Made by a program: the position numbers and the translations under genes | Part shown: one piece after another, positions 1 through 12,662 of the stretch | How positions within the stretch are numbered: the first letter of the stretch is position 1 | How the letters are laid out: every line of letters starts with the position of its first letter | Source: Epiperipatus broadwayi | Taxonomy: Eukaryota > Animalia > Onychophora | Direction: 5' to 3' | Assembly (NCBI GenBank): GCA_028023455.1 | Contig: JAQFVV010000007.1 | Coordinates: forward strand, 14,260,001-14,324,000 | DNA: 64,000 nt | The notes under the pieces: generated by a model | What the model saw: only the letters and a program-made list of their open reading frames with translations | Told to the model about the DNA's origin: nothing | Databases searched by the model: none

Positions 1-170
1 GGATCATACTACTTGAAACGTTGTGTAATTAGCAGTGTTATCTACATGTGTGTAATTACTAACAAATTTTTTTTGTATTTGAAAAGTTTAAATAAAATTT
101 AAATTTTTTTATACATTCAACATTTAATGAAAGATGATTGAAATAATCCAAGTATTATCACATTACTTTT
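1..170 (+). mobile_element. Penelope-like terminal-repeat fragment (3' half of an HHR plus tail), cut by the window edge
   Basis: Begins ggatcatactacttGAAACGTTgtgt. The downstream ~130 nt align by eye with 23990-24115 and 58690-58787, the terminal repeat of the GIY-YIG element. Confidence 0.6.
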
Positions 171-1250
171 TTTATATCTTTTTTTAAAAAACAACAACAA
201 CAACAATGTTAAACAACATACTTAAGTAATAATATTTGCTCATAATCACTGATATATCATTGCTCAAACTATTTTTTTAGTGCCCATTTGATATACATAA
301 ATTAAAAACATGCATTTTTAATATACAGGGAGACTCTTAATCCAAAATATCTAGATCTAGAATAGTATCTTTTACATTTACCAATTTTTCAGATTTGAAG
401 AATACATTTCTTGCTTTCTTTTTTACTAATAAATTGAAGTAGAAATTGTTAATAATGCCAAAGTACTTCAAAATGCAGGATATACATATATTTATATAGT
501 GAGGAAAATTTTATATAATAGTAATTCTAACAATAAATCACAACTATACTTTGTAATTTGGTCTGGGTCATATATGATTTGAATTAGGATTATTTGATTA
601 ATGACAGTCTACATGCTCTCATAAATTAGGTTGGAATTTAATTTTCAGTAAGCATGTTTTACATGAAATAAGGTTAATGTTAAACTAAGTCACTATTTGG
701 GTAAATAATAGCTTGGCCATCCTATAAGCTTTAAGCTGATCACTTTTTTAAAAATTAAACTATTAACTATATCATTGTAGGATATAAATGGCATAACTAA
801 ATTACTTTTCCCCAAGAAAATAACAGACAAAGCCTAATAAATCAATAGAATGTATAATTTGTTATCAAGTCAATCTCTTGATAACAGATTGTAGATTTTA
901 TTGGTTCATTAAGCTTTGGCTGTTATCGAGTGAATTATATTTGAAAACCAGCTGACTATTGATAAGTTCTGGTTTAGTATATATATCCACTTAGGTTTGT
1001 ATATTTTTCTACACTAGTGGATGTTGTGATATGCTGAAAATGAGAAGAAAAATATACTGACAAAAAAAAAAAACATTTATCTATAGTGTAGTAATTGGTC
1101 ACCTGTCCACGAGATGTTAAAAGTTGATAGAAACCTGACCCTACCTTTTATGAGAGGGCTATATGATTTTATGATAAGCATTTATTCACTTCCAAAAAAC
1201 GATTTATTTAGAATGCTTCCAATCTAGAAAGTCATATTTATAGCATTTAA

Positions 1251-1290
1251 ACTCAGCCGGTGACCTTTTAGGTTGAAAACGTCGCTAAGT
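1251..1290 (+). ncRNA. Degenerate minimal type I hammerhead-like motif
   Basis: Stem I ACTCAGC/GCTAAGT (6 of 7 bp), stem II around CCTTTTAGG, GAAA-ACG-TC. The CUGANGA core is damaged (CGGTGA). Confidence 0.35.
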
Positions 1291-4200
1291 AATTTATTCT
1301 TTAACATCTAAATAAATTAATAATTTCTTTGGAAGTGAATGGACGCTTATCATAGATTTACATAGAAATGACAAAACGTTGTTATAGAATTAGAGAGTGC
1401 TTAATGGAGAATGTATGAAAACAGTATAGTGAAAAAATATTCAGCGGTCAATTTGGGCATAAGATTAAAATTGGTGTTTCCATAAGCTTTTGATTACATG
1501 TCCCACAATGTGTAGCTACTTTTTTAAAATGCAAATAAATGTGTAATTACTTTGCATCATCTTTTCTTAAGAGATTACTGGCCAATGCAAAAATCATTAC
1601 TGGTGTAATATCTAACTTAGCCTATCTTCATTTCAAGAACTTAACATATATACATACAAACATCATTTATTTAAAATATTTTTTAAAATTACACTTTATT
1701 TATTCAATGGTAAAAAAAAAAAGGATTCATCTCACAGTTATCCCTTGGGTTATATTTTCAATATTAAATGGAAGAATACCAATAAAGTGTTATTTATTAA
1801 AGTGTCATTATAAACATCTGGAATCTATTTCATTAGTTTTTTAAAACATCTATTGATTGTGAATATCAATGTTTTAAAATTATGGGGTATATTTTAAGCT
1901 ATAAGTGCTTATTATCTAAAGTGATTGAAAATAAAGTATCTTCTCAACCGGCCACATATAGATCGGTTTTTTTAGCGCTCCTGTTTATTTATTTGAGTGT
2001 AAAAAAATTCAATCGTTTTAAAATTTATTAGTTTAATTATTTTTTGAGATAATTGTTCAATATGAATGAATAATCGATAATTGTTAATAGTTGTTAATTT
2101 AATATATATGTGTGTGAGTAGGTGTGGATTCATAAATAAATATAATTCTTTATTTTGACTGGATACTGGATTTTATCTAAAACGGAAAAAGATCGGCAAA
2201 ATTAAAATAATTGATAGATTGTGAAGAAAGTGTAAAGTGAAGTGAGGATAAATAAAATGTAGAATTAATATATTACATATAATTTGTTTATTTATTTATA
2301 GGGTTTTTACAATGTTACTGGGTTTATAATGAATGCAGAACTTAAAGTTCTGCACTATACAGGTTTAAATTCAGTCATTAATACAAAGTATTTCATTTAG
2401 AGATGTTACCGGTAGATCTTCAGCTTCTCTTTGCTCTCCTGCAGCTACCTGTAGTGCAAGTTGTGGTAGTTATGCATTCATTTGATTGTAGAAACTGAAT
2501 TGACATACTATTGATTTATTAGTTTTAAAAAATTGGAATATATCAGTGATCTACAGATTAAAAGTTCTTCAAATGATACAAATTTTACTCACAATGCATT
2601 CATTGGTAGATTCTTTAAACTCAGACTTTCAGAGCATATGCAAAACTGCCTTTTCCATTGTTCTAAGATATGAGTATATTTTCTGTAATTTATTGAAATA
2701 TTTTTAATTGATTTTACAAAATATTTGTATAGTAATTATTAAAAAAGAAATATTTTCATGATTCCATTTTTTTTTTTTTTCAAATATATTTTATATTTAA
2801 AAGTACAGATTAAGATATTTGTAACAAGAGTGAATCAGGAAGTAAGATTAGTAAGTCTCTACTTAAACAATGTTCTTCATAACTTTTCTAATATTTTCGT
2901 AACTGTAAATACAATTTTAAATATGTGTTATGATGACTTAACATTAATTTGTTCATGATTTATACATGGAATTTCATTAACAAAGATCTTATTAATTTTA
3001 TCTTTTCACTCTTGTGGTAATCATCCAATAAGAAAAAATTAATTATTGTCATTATTTTATTTCACTTTTTTTCTCTATGTTTTTTAATTCCAAATATGAT
3101 ATTTTAGAGATTTTTTTTTGTTTATAAACTTATATTTCTAACAAATCAAATCTAATTTAATGAATTCTAATATAAAATATAAATATTAGTACTAAAATTA
3201 AAGATTGAACATTTACTCAAATTATTGATAAACAGAACAAAGGAAATGTTTATCTGTTGAAAGGTAAATTTGACTGTAAGGCAAAATAAGATCATCATAT
3301 TCATGAACCCTGCTTTCAAGATCTTTGTGGAAATCATACTGTTGTAGATTGTTCTATTTGATTAATCAAATAGTTTATTGCTCAAAAGTTTATAAATAGT
3401 TAGAGGGTCATAGGTGATAATGCTGTGTCATGACCCATAGGTCTTGAACTTGTGTCTACCACTCAACCACTGCATCAAATTAAGCAAAATATGGTTTGTA
3501 CTAAATGCTGTTTAATATACAATTCCACACATTTATTGAATGTAGACATTTTAAACATATACATGTATACATTGTAAATGTAACCACTTATGATCCAAAT
3601 TATAAAACTAATAATTGTGGCAACATAATCATTAAAAATTTTATATAATTAGAAAGACATATTCCAGGAATAAGACCTGAATTGAGAAAAATGAATGAAA
3701 TTAAAACAAAAAAAGCTTATTTAACTTATTTGTAAAGTGGTGAGTATGTTTTTGCCCTGCTATGGTTTTTTATTGACTCATTAGTTAGTATATCCACATT
3801 GTCATCCTCATAAAATGGGTTTAAATTCCAGTAAAACTGAAAATATCATATAAGGAGCCAAACATTCCTGAGCCAAATAATAAATATTCGAATGAGTAAT
3901 TTATCAATATCATAGTGTCAGACTGGAGCCACAATCTATAGTCTTTGAGCTTTAGAGTTCACAATTTCACTACAATACTGAATCATGCAAGACATCTCCA
4001 TTTGTGAATCTATAAGTAAAGTAGTTGACCATTAAATTGCTGATTGATAAACAAATAACTATTCATAGTAAAAGGTCAAAATGTAAGCTATTAAACATCT
4101 TCCAAAGATCTATGTATTTTTTATAAAGAGGTGCAGAGAACTTTTATTTTTTACTCTAAAATAATAATAACAATAACAATAATAATAATAATTCAGCTAA

Positions 4201-5300
4201 TTTATTTAAGTGCCAAACAACAGCATATAGTCAATTACAGTTAACACACCAAAAACAAAACAAAAATAAAAGGGATAAACATAATGTATACAACATAATA
4301 ATAAAAGGTAACAATCAATTTAACAAATACATATACACATAAACAAAATCAATTTAAACAAATCAACAATGGCATTTAAATTTAATAATGTTATAAAATT
4401 GTTTATAATCTAAATTGAAGTGATTAGTATTAGTACAAATCTGATTATATAAGTATGGTAACCTAAATAAAGGAGGAAATATAAGGACATTGGAATGGTA
4501 TGCTGATAATAATAATAATAATAATGAGGAGGAGGAGGATGATGATGATGTTAATAATAATAATGTGGTGCTGCTGTCACAGAGAAAAGACAAATGTGTC
4601 AATGGCTCTACTAGATATCTATCTATTATTAATGAATAAACCAAGTGATTATTTTGTATTAAAAATTATTCTTGCATTATAAAAACACCAATAGCAAAAG
4701 TTGAACTGGGTTCTCTTTCACAAAAAGGTAAATAAGATCATTTTTTTGACCAAAATTAATCCATAAATCTCAAACAAACATGGCATCATATCAAAAAGAT
4801 AGAGATACATTGTACAATGACACAAACAGTAGCACCAAAATTTATGTTAAGGCTACAGAAGTAAATCAGCAGACACATAGTGCTAAAAAAAACTATGACA
4901 CACCCACAGGCTGCTAGATTTAAGAAACTAAATCAGGCTGACATCAATAATTTGGACCTAACAGGAAAGAATAATGAACAACCCTTCCCAGCAATATGGA
5001 GTCAAGATGAGTTACAAGCAATTAATGCCAATTTGAATAGTATAATCCCTAAAAACTTATTTGTAAGATTTAAAATTTTTTTCTCTCCTAAATCACTAGT
5101 ATTAGCAGTCACAGATAACAACATATCCCTTTATAAATTGCCCAGAGAGCTTTTATATGAAGAGTTGACTAAAAAAGCAATATGGTATATGGTTTCTAGT
5201 ATTGGAGGCCATCCCAACTCCAGATATACTGCTATTCTATTCTTTGATAAACATCAATGATCAATGTTTCAAACCTAGATTAACCTTAGGTAGCTATGTA

Positions 5301-5302
<2 letters not shown>

Positions 5303-5396
<94 letters not shown>
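5303..5396. repeat. (TA)n microsatellite
   Basis: Uninterrupted TA run; explains ORF 5202..5477. Confidence 0.97.
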
Positions 5397-5398
<2 letters not shown>

Positions 5399-5497
5399 TC
5401 AAAGCCTACAAAATTACCATACTGGGATAATCAAAATTGCTTATTTTGGCTATAATATACAGGAATTTCAGAAATAATGCAATCATTCAGGAAAGCT

Positions 5498-5770
5498 ATA
5501 TAAATACAATTTATCCAAACATCAAACACTTTTTAGCAAAACTTTATTTGTACATACACCTACATTTTGACTGACCTGCAGTCTTCTTCAGAACTATGAT
5601 ATAATGAACAAAATAAAAAAACATAATTATATAATAACACCATAAAAAAATTTTAACAATAAAAAACTAAAAACAACATAAAATATATATATATATTAAA
5701 AAACGTAGGTGTATGTACAAATAAAGTTTTGCTAAAAAGTGTTTGAAGTTTGGATAAATTGTATTTATAT
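5498..5770. mobile_element. Inverted pair of PLE-type terminal repeats with a decayed HHR (family 4)
   Basis: About 5498-5566 is the reverse complement of about 5701-5770. Minus strand 5591-5557 reads CTGAAGA-A-GACTG-CAGGT-CAGTC-AAAA-TG-TA-GGTG; the plus arm keeps AAAA-CG-TA-GGTG. Confidence 0.6.
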
Positions 5771-6388
5771 GATATTACGGCAAACATAAAGAAAAGTGTG
5801 ATTTTGGTAATATTTAGAAAGCTATATAATAAAACAATGTATTTATCCGACACTCCTATCTCCGTTTTCAGCAACAATTTTCAATTTAAAGTAAATCTAG
5901 ATAACAACATAAACTGGAAGATATCCCTGTGCAAATAATAGTGGACCAAGATGTCATACTTATGATCTACATAAAAGAGTTAAGGCCAAGATGGTTTGCT
6001 TGTGGAGAGTGTGGACACCTAGCAATCAGCTGCAATACCAAAAAAAAAACCTTGAAAGCCAACTAAACATGGAAAATCAACCAAGCCAAGCTCAATATCA
6101 GAAGTCAGGGGGTATTGATCAAACAAAGAAGACAGAAACAAGAAAAAGAACAATAGGAAAAAATTATTAACACAGACACAACTGAATAACAAAACAACCA
6201 AACATATGTCGGCACTAGCTGATTTTCCAGACGTTTCAATTAAAGCAATGAGTAGGATTCAAATCCTAACCAATAAAGAAACAATAAAGCAGAAGATTCA
6301 AGAGGCCACATCAGAAACATCAGCCCTCAATATAAGTCAAGTCACTAAACATCATATGATCACCATTTCTTATGTTTACTCATAACTG

Positions 6389-6488
6389 TTATTAAAACAG
6401 GAAAAACTCTCCATAAAGTAGTGCCACTCAGTGCACTCGCTTGCACTGAATGGCACTACTGTATGGAGAGTTTTGCCTGTTTTAATAA
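6389..6488. repeat. Long near-perfect palindrome (47-bp arms, 3 mismatches, 6-nt loop), MITE-like
   Basis: ttattaaaacagg...tcagtgca / ctcgct / tgcactga...cctgttttaataa read directly from the sequence. Confidence 0.9.
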
Positions 6489-7669
6489 GTTAAGTCAGTA
6501 AAAACACTGATAAGAGAAACTCACTCAAAGATTAAGCAACCTGATTAAATAATAATAATGAAGAATATATACCTACATTGACATAAAATAAAATAGCAAA
6601 TAAAAAATAAAATAGCAAGAGGGATCATGCAGGTCATCATCCCAATTTTGCCACAAATTTTGCAGGCCAACATGGATCAGAAGAGAAAGCCAGACCACCC
6701 ACCAGAAAGAAACAGAGGACTCAAAAAAGCCAAAACATTAGAATGCAGTCACAGTTACACCAGCCACACATCTGGAACAACAGAAACAACAGACAAAGAA
6801 TTTAAGACACAATATGAGAACACATGGGAGCAACCACCAATATCAAATCAGACCTCTGATGGTAAACATACAGACAATACCCAGATTTAATCAAAATTAA
6901 AATTGCAGAAATCAATGTTGGAGGTTTGAGTCCAAAAAATGAAGACTGGCAAACTTTGTAAATTAGAAAATTAACTTGTTCATTCACTTCTATTTGATAT
7001 CTATTGATATATACATTTCACACATTATAACGCAGTCTGCAATCTTTTCTTTGATGATTAACCACCCCCACATTGGCTATTGGAATTCTAAATAATTCTC
7101 CTATAATATTGCAATCAATGCGCATGGATATAATAGCATTTTTTCTCATGAATAACAATTTTTTTTGGCTATATCAGTGTGAACGCAAGTCATTTGTCAA
7201 ATATGAAAAAATAAATGAATGAACTATATAATTTTAGCCACCTATGCACAAATAAATGAACAATCACTTCAAATTAGGCCATGCACAACCACAAATGGTT
7301 TATAATCAGAAGAAATTCAAGAAATTGCACACTTTCAATAAAGACAACGGACGATATATTTTTTTTTTTTTGCTTAAATTAGATCTCACACCTGGAATTC
7401 CCCTTAAAAATACCCCCCCCCCATTGATGTATATAACCCCATACATTTTAATACATGAACTAATAAATGATGGATAATGCTTTTTCAACTCATACATTTA
7501 TTTTTTGAATGCTTATTAAAATACCCCCCCCCATAACATATGTAACTGCATAAATTAATATATGTAATATTACCAAATAATTCAATAAAAACCATGTATA
7601 ACAAATGCATCAATGTAAAAAAAAATTAAGTTAATAAAGGGTCTTTTGATAATGATGATGATGGAATGG

Positions 7670-7847
7670 TTTTATTGCTCAAAATTCATGTTCGCCCGAA
7701 GTTCCAGTACAGGCATCGATCCGAAGATCTCACATTTTAGAGTATGCTACTACCATTGTATAAACGATGCAAGGCAAATAATAGAAGGATTTTATTGCTC
7801 AAGCGGTAAGTTAGCACTGGAATGGATCCGAAGACCTTACGCTCAAG
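7670..7847 (-). ncRNA. Candidate structured RNA: two related units, each with a cUUCGg hairpin, GC(U/G)AAC and a trailing UUGAGCAAUAAAA
   Basis: Shared motifs and G-U wobbles that mostly fit the minus strand. Identity unknown. Confidence 0.4.
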
Positions 7848-10697
7848 TTTTTGACGCTTCACCAATGCATTAAACTAAGCAGTTATCATCGGTAAATCAA
7901 AAAATCATCAGATTTTGCGTGAAGTTATTACATAAAATTTTTGATAAATGTACGTACGGGTGAGCAATTAGGTTACATTTACAAGTATATAAACATTTGT
8001 TTATTCACTCGAGCTTTATGTTTATTTCAAAGAATATAATTAATTTGTTCATCAAAATAGGATTTATTTAATTTGTCATACGAGCTCTTATATTTTAACG
8101 CTGAAAATATACCGCTTTTTTTTTAATTTTTACAAATTGAATTAATTAAACTTTGTCATTTCATTAAAAGTAATCATTAATAAGGTACCCTCTTTCATGA
8201 GTTGTCATTCTGCATACGAGCTAATTTATAAAGCAAAAAGAGTAAACATGCAAGGAAAGATACTTTCCCAAACATATTTTAAAGATTACTTCATTAAAAT
8301 TTTTAAATTGTTTGTTCCTATCTTTTTTTTTTAATAAACTCAGTAAATCACTCTAGTACAGAGAAATTTAATCTACAGTTGATTTACAGGAGGTAATGTT
8401 GTCTACGAACGGGAAGTGACACTTAGCAACTTAGTGGGAATCGCAGTTAATGGCTTTATTGGATTTTATGAATTAATTAATGTAAAACCATTTCAGGTAT
8501 CGACATCATACAGGTATGGATGAGTGAAAACATATTTAAATTACGTCACTTTTTGGTACGCGGACCCCTGTTTTCTAAAGTTGCCTTCACTTTAAATAAA
8601 ATCAATTTTAAGTTTTGCATGAAAAGAATGCGCTGTTGTTTGCAAACTTTTTTGCAAAATTAAATTCTAGCCAAATTTTTAAAAAAAAAAAAATATCTGT
8701 ATGTGTAAGTATATATGCAGCATATTTTGCAAATCTCTCGTGTCTTTTAATTTGATTTTCAGTCAACTACGATTTCCTTGCCTCCAGATAATAAAAAAAT
8801 ATTGCATACTGTATAAATATTATCAACATGGATTTTTTTTTTTTTGACTTTCATGATGGATTTGTTATATTGCTTTCTCCCGTATCACAACCATCTATCA
8901 ATATAGAAACGTATTACCTCCTGTCACTGGCATATGCATTTCGCAATATATGTGTGTATGTGCAAAGAGTACATATATTAAGATTATCTACATATTAAAG
9001 TAAAAGGTTAGCATATTAAAAGATATAGGGTAGAAGTCCTATTGATTTTCCGTTTTCTGATTGTTTGATTTCTACGCGAATAGAAGGCCTCATTGGGTAA
9101 ATCAATCAGCATAATTCAGCAGTGTGTCCGTAAATATTTTTAAAAAGTATTTACAAGTAGGTAAAATATCGCTGAAATAACTCACTGTAAAAGCAAATAT
9201 CTTTCAAAACAGACTAGATTTAATTGTTTGCCTTTATCGCTATTCCTATACTTCACATCCAAGGATCAATTAATGTTCTGTTTTATACAAAATTGCTTTT
9301 GAGAAATTCTGAATTTTCTAACAGTCACCCACAGATATTCCATCACCTTCATTTAAAAGATACATTAAGAAGGTAATTAATTCCACAATTGAATGCAGTA
9401 AAATTCTACAAAACTTATTCTACAATAAGTCATCTTACCATAGATTACATTAGATAGCACTATTTTATGGAGTCACATACTGAGATGCATCATTCATCAT
9501 CATTTTCAACCCACTATAAGATGAGGGCCTTTGCAAGTTTAATCCAAAATCTCCAATTTACAGTTTCTCTTTGTTATATATATCACAGTAACAAAGTTCT
9601 TTATTTCATCTATTTATGCCTAGATCACTCACATTTTTTTGGATTTATATTAAGATTTCAATTATCCACTTGTTCTTTTCTTCTAGCAATATGTCCAATC
9701 CAGTTCCATTTCAGTCCTTTAATTCTTTCAATGATGTCAGTGAATCCTGCTTGTTTACTCATCAAAATATTTTTTATTGTTACTTCCTGCATATAATTTT
9801 CCCGATTTTTTTGAATGGTCTGAAATTTTTCTTATTCCTTTCCCACTATGAATGAGTCCATATCTCAGATCCATTACTAATAATGAGTAATATATACATT
9901 TTTTCAAACATCTAGGAATATTTTCTTTTAATATTAATTTATTTCTACTAAAAATCCTCCACCCAAATATAATTCTGTGATTAATTTCATCCACTATGCA
10001 ACCATCTGTAACACAATCTAACCAAGATATAATCTAGATGACAACTTCTAATTTGTGATAATCTTTATTTTCTTCATCTGAGAAAAGCCATTGAACATTA
10101 CTTGAGTCTTTTTAGGATTGGTATTTAGTTCTACTTTCTATATTTTATCTGATAAACTCTTGCAGCATTTCAAAAACAACCACATCATAAATAATCTTCA
10201 TTTAACTGTTACATTTTGATAAATATTCTTCAAAATATAACAATATTCTGGTTTTGTATTTTGATGATCTTTAATATTTGAATCTTTATGAAATACTTAT
10301 GGAATCAATAATCTTTTCATAATTCATAAATAGTTGCAACTTATATTTATTCCCCTTTCTATAACTTCTCTCAATAGTCAAATACAGTTCACATTTCTAA
10401 ATTCACTTTTAAATTTAGTTTGTTATTTTAGTTGGTATAAATGTAAATTTACTGTAGATGATTTACAATTATCTAGGTGAAAATTTTGTATAGACCTCTT
10501 AGAAAACTGAAAAACCTGTAATTTTATTATTTCACCTTTCTTAAATATTTATATTGCTACTACATTCTTCCAATCATCTGGTATATCTTTATCATTCAAA
10601 TAGTTGGGAGCCACTTCCTCTCCTATTACTTTTACAATACTTATTTCAATACATTGTACAGGCTTACACCTGCATTATTTATATATGTAATATATGT

Positions 10698-10870
10698 GGG
10701 ATTCAAACTCAGACTTTCACATGACCCACAACTCTCAGTGCCATCTTATATTGCTGACTCATCTGATCACACACATATTGAATAGATAAATAATCACCAA
10801 TATATGTATTTCATGCTAGAGCAGCACTCATCAGTTGGTCCAGATTAAAATGAATCACTGTGACACTTTT
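10698..10870 (-). mobile_element. HHR + tRNA-like repeat (family 1) copy
   Basis: HHR at 10839-10796, then the family's shared downstream sequence, then B-box-like GAGTTTGAATCCC at 10710-10698. Confidence 0.75.
10796..10839 (-). ncRNA. Minimal type I hammerhead ribozyme with intact core
   Basis: ACCAA-CUGAUGA-GUGCU(GCUCU)AGCAU-GAAA-UACAUA-UA-UUGGU. All core nucleotides present; stems I, II and a short stem III form. Confidence 0.8.
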
Positions 10871-10914
10871 GATTGATGATCAATCTTTCATGTATTTATA
10901 TATATATATATCTT

Positions 10915-11050
10915 GTAGTGCTGAAGAAGATTGCTGGTCAACAGGTCAACAGAAACTGTCAGATTGATTAATTTTCGTAAAATAAACATTGAAAAATAAT
11001 AAGAAAGGTGATTTGGTTAATTTTTTTATAACTTATCATTGCATAAAAAA
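10915..11050 (+). mobile_element. Decayed HHR-like PLE tail (related to family 4)
   Basis: CTGAAGA-A-GATTG-CTGGT-CAA(CAGGTCAA)CA-GAAA-CTG-TC followed by an AT-rich tail with AATAAA. Confidence 0.4.
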
Positions 11051-12187
11051 AAAATAACGATATAATTTTTCCCAGGTTTTTCTATTTCTTCACCTGATTT
11101 TCTTAAGATATCAATAATAATAAACTTTTTTCTTCTTTATGCATTTAATTGCAACTGTAATCTCTTTTTTTTTAATGCTTGATAATTCAGATGTATAATT
11201 ACAGTATTTACTTATTTTTTAGAACTCTTCTATACATTTCATAAAGTCATACCTATTTTCAGTTCCATTTTTTCTTTTATTACTAAATGACATTACATTG
11301 TACTTTTGAAAGTTTTAGTCTCCTTCATAGTTTTCCTTTCCAATTCACAATTATACTTTTTTATAATATTGTTACCTTTTTTTTGCACTATTTTGCAAAA
11401 CTTTTGATTCTCAATTCTTTTTAATGAATGGGTTTTTAATAATTTCATACTATTATCTCTTTATATATTGTTTTGTCTCAGTTTAAAATTTATTGGTGAA
11501 TTGTCTCTTTTTATACTAGTTATGTTTGTTATACCATTTTTAGTAAAGTAACAGTTACCTTCTTATTGATCTCAATTAAGTTTAAACTATCTTCAAAGTT
11601 TCTAAATATTTTAAAACTATTCACAATTTTTATCTTAAATTCATTGGAGTGTTTCTGTAGGGTTAGGAATATTAACACTCTTTAATGGACTTGTTTCTCT
11701 AGTTTTGGATTAAGACTTATCTTGCATTTTGCCAATCACTAATCACTTCCTATGTTGAATCTATTGTGAGCATGTGCAATCATAAAATACATATTTTCTG
11801 TTAGTCAAAATATAATCCAATTCTGATACATCATTATTTGGATGCTTTCATATTCTTTTTCATTCAGCATTTTTTTTAAAGAAATAATTCATAATGTACC
11901 TTTTTTTTAAAATTTCTGTCAACACAATTCTGTGTCTTCTCATTTTCATTACCATAAACAAATTTACTCTAGCATTTTTATCTTTCAGTCATTACCAATT
12001 CTAGCATTAAAGTTCTTTCATGCTAATTATAAAATGTTACTTAGTCTTATCAAAAGCCTTTTGCACATCTATACTAAAATCTTCTATTTCTTCATTATAA
12101 TGAACCTTTATTGTGACATCTGAGTTATCTCTATTTGAAACCTTAGATTAATTTGAATAATTAATCTTGTCAGTTTTTTTAATATAC

Positions 12188-12654
12188 CAGGGGTGACCAA
12201 CTTTTGTGTTCATAAGATCTACTTTTTATTTTAAAAATGTGTTGTTATCAACTTGTTGTCATAGACGTAGTCTAAGTGGAGGGAGGTAGGAGTAGTGAAA
12301 TACATAATATTTTTATATATCTACCTAGTACAAAATAACAATTATTTAATGGGTTAAAAAACTTATGTCCAGGGGGATGGGGAATAAAGTAACGAGTAAT
12401 TATTAACAATATTTATTAATTCAAATTAGCTACATTAAATCAAGATTAAAAATATTATTTTCAATAATGATATGGCTTAGTGGACCTCACCTATCTGGAA
12501 TTGAAAAAAAATTAGAACAAAAAAAAACTTGAAAATCTTGACTTAATTTGTTTCACTCATTACCTGACAGCTCTTGCCAGATTGGCCTCATGATCAACCA
12601 AAAATGGCTTTGCAATCGACCAGTGGATCACAATCGACTTGTTGGACACCCCTG
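12188..12654. mobile_element. hAT-type MITE
   Basis: 14-bp TIRs CAGGGGTGACCAAC / GTTGGACACCCCTG (1 mismatch) and a perfect 8-bp TSD TAATATAC (12180-12187, 12655-12662). Confidence 0.9.
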
Positions 12655-12662
12655 TAATATAC

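Larger units (their letters stand above)
4740..6975 (+). mobile_element. Decayed L1/Tx1-like LINE: ORF1 with zinc knuckle and the start of the ORF2 APE domain, interrupted by later insertions
   Basis: 5911-6033 translates KLEDIPVQIIVDQDVILMIYIKELRPR(W)FACGECGHLAISC, a CX2CX4HX4C knuckle with the first C replaced by W. About 6890-6955 reads IKIAEINVGGLSPK, like the APE N-terminal motif (I.S.NVRGL). Left boundary is uncertain. Confidence 0.65.
9485..12150 (-). mobile_element. Decayed RTE-clade LINE ORF2 (APE + RT), interrupted by HHR elements at about 10690-11050
   Basis: Minus-strand remnants: SELDYILTNRK...FNIGSD (APE), DIPDDWKN..IFKKGE...NYR, EINHRIIFGWRIF...IPRCLKK, IKGLKWNWIGHIARR, and a (CAT)n-like tail at about 9490. 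Confidence 0.8.

Noticed and set aside
2401-2510. Short plus-strand frame MLPVDLQLLFALLQ... after an acceptor-like site
   Set aside because: Ends in a stop after about 31 codons, with no linked exons or recognisable homology.
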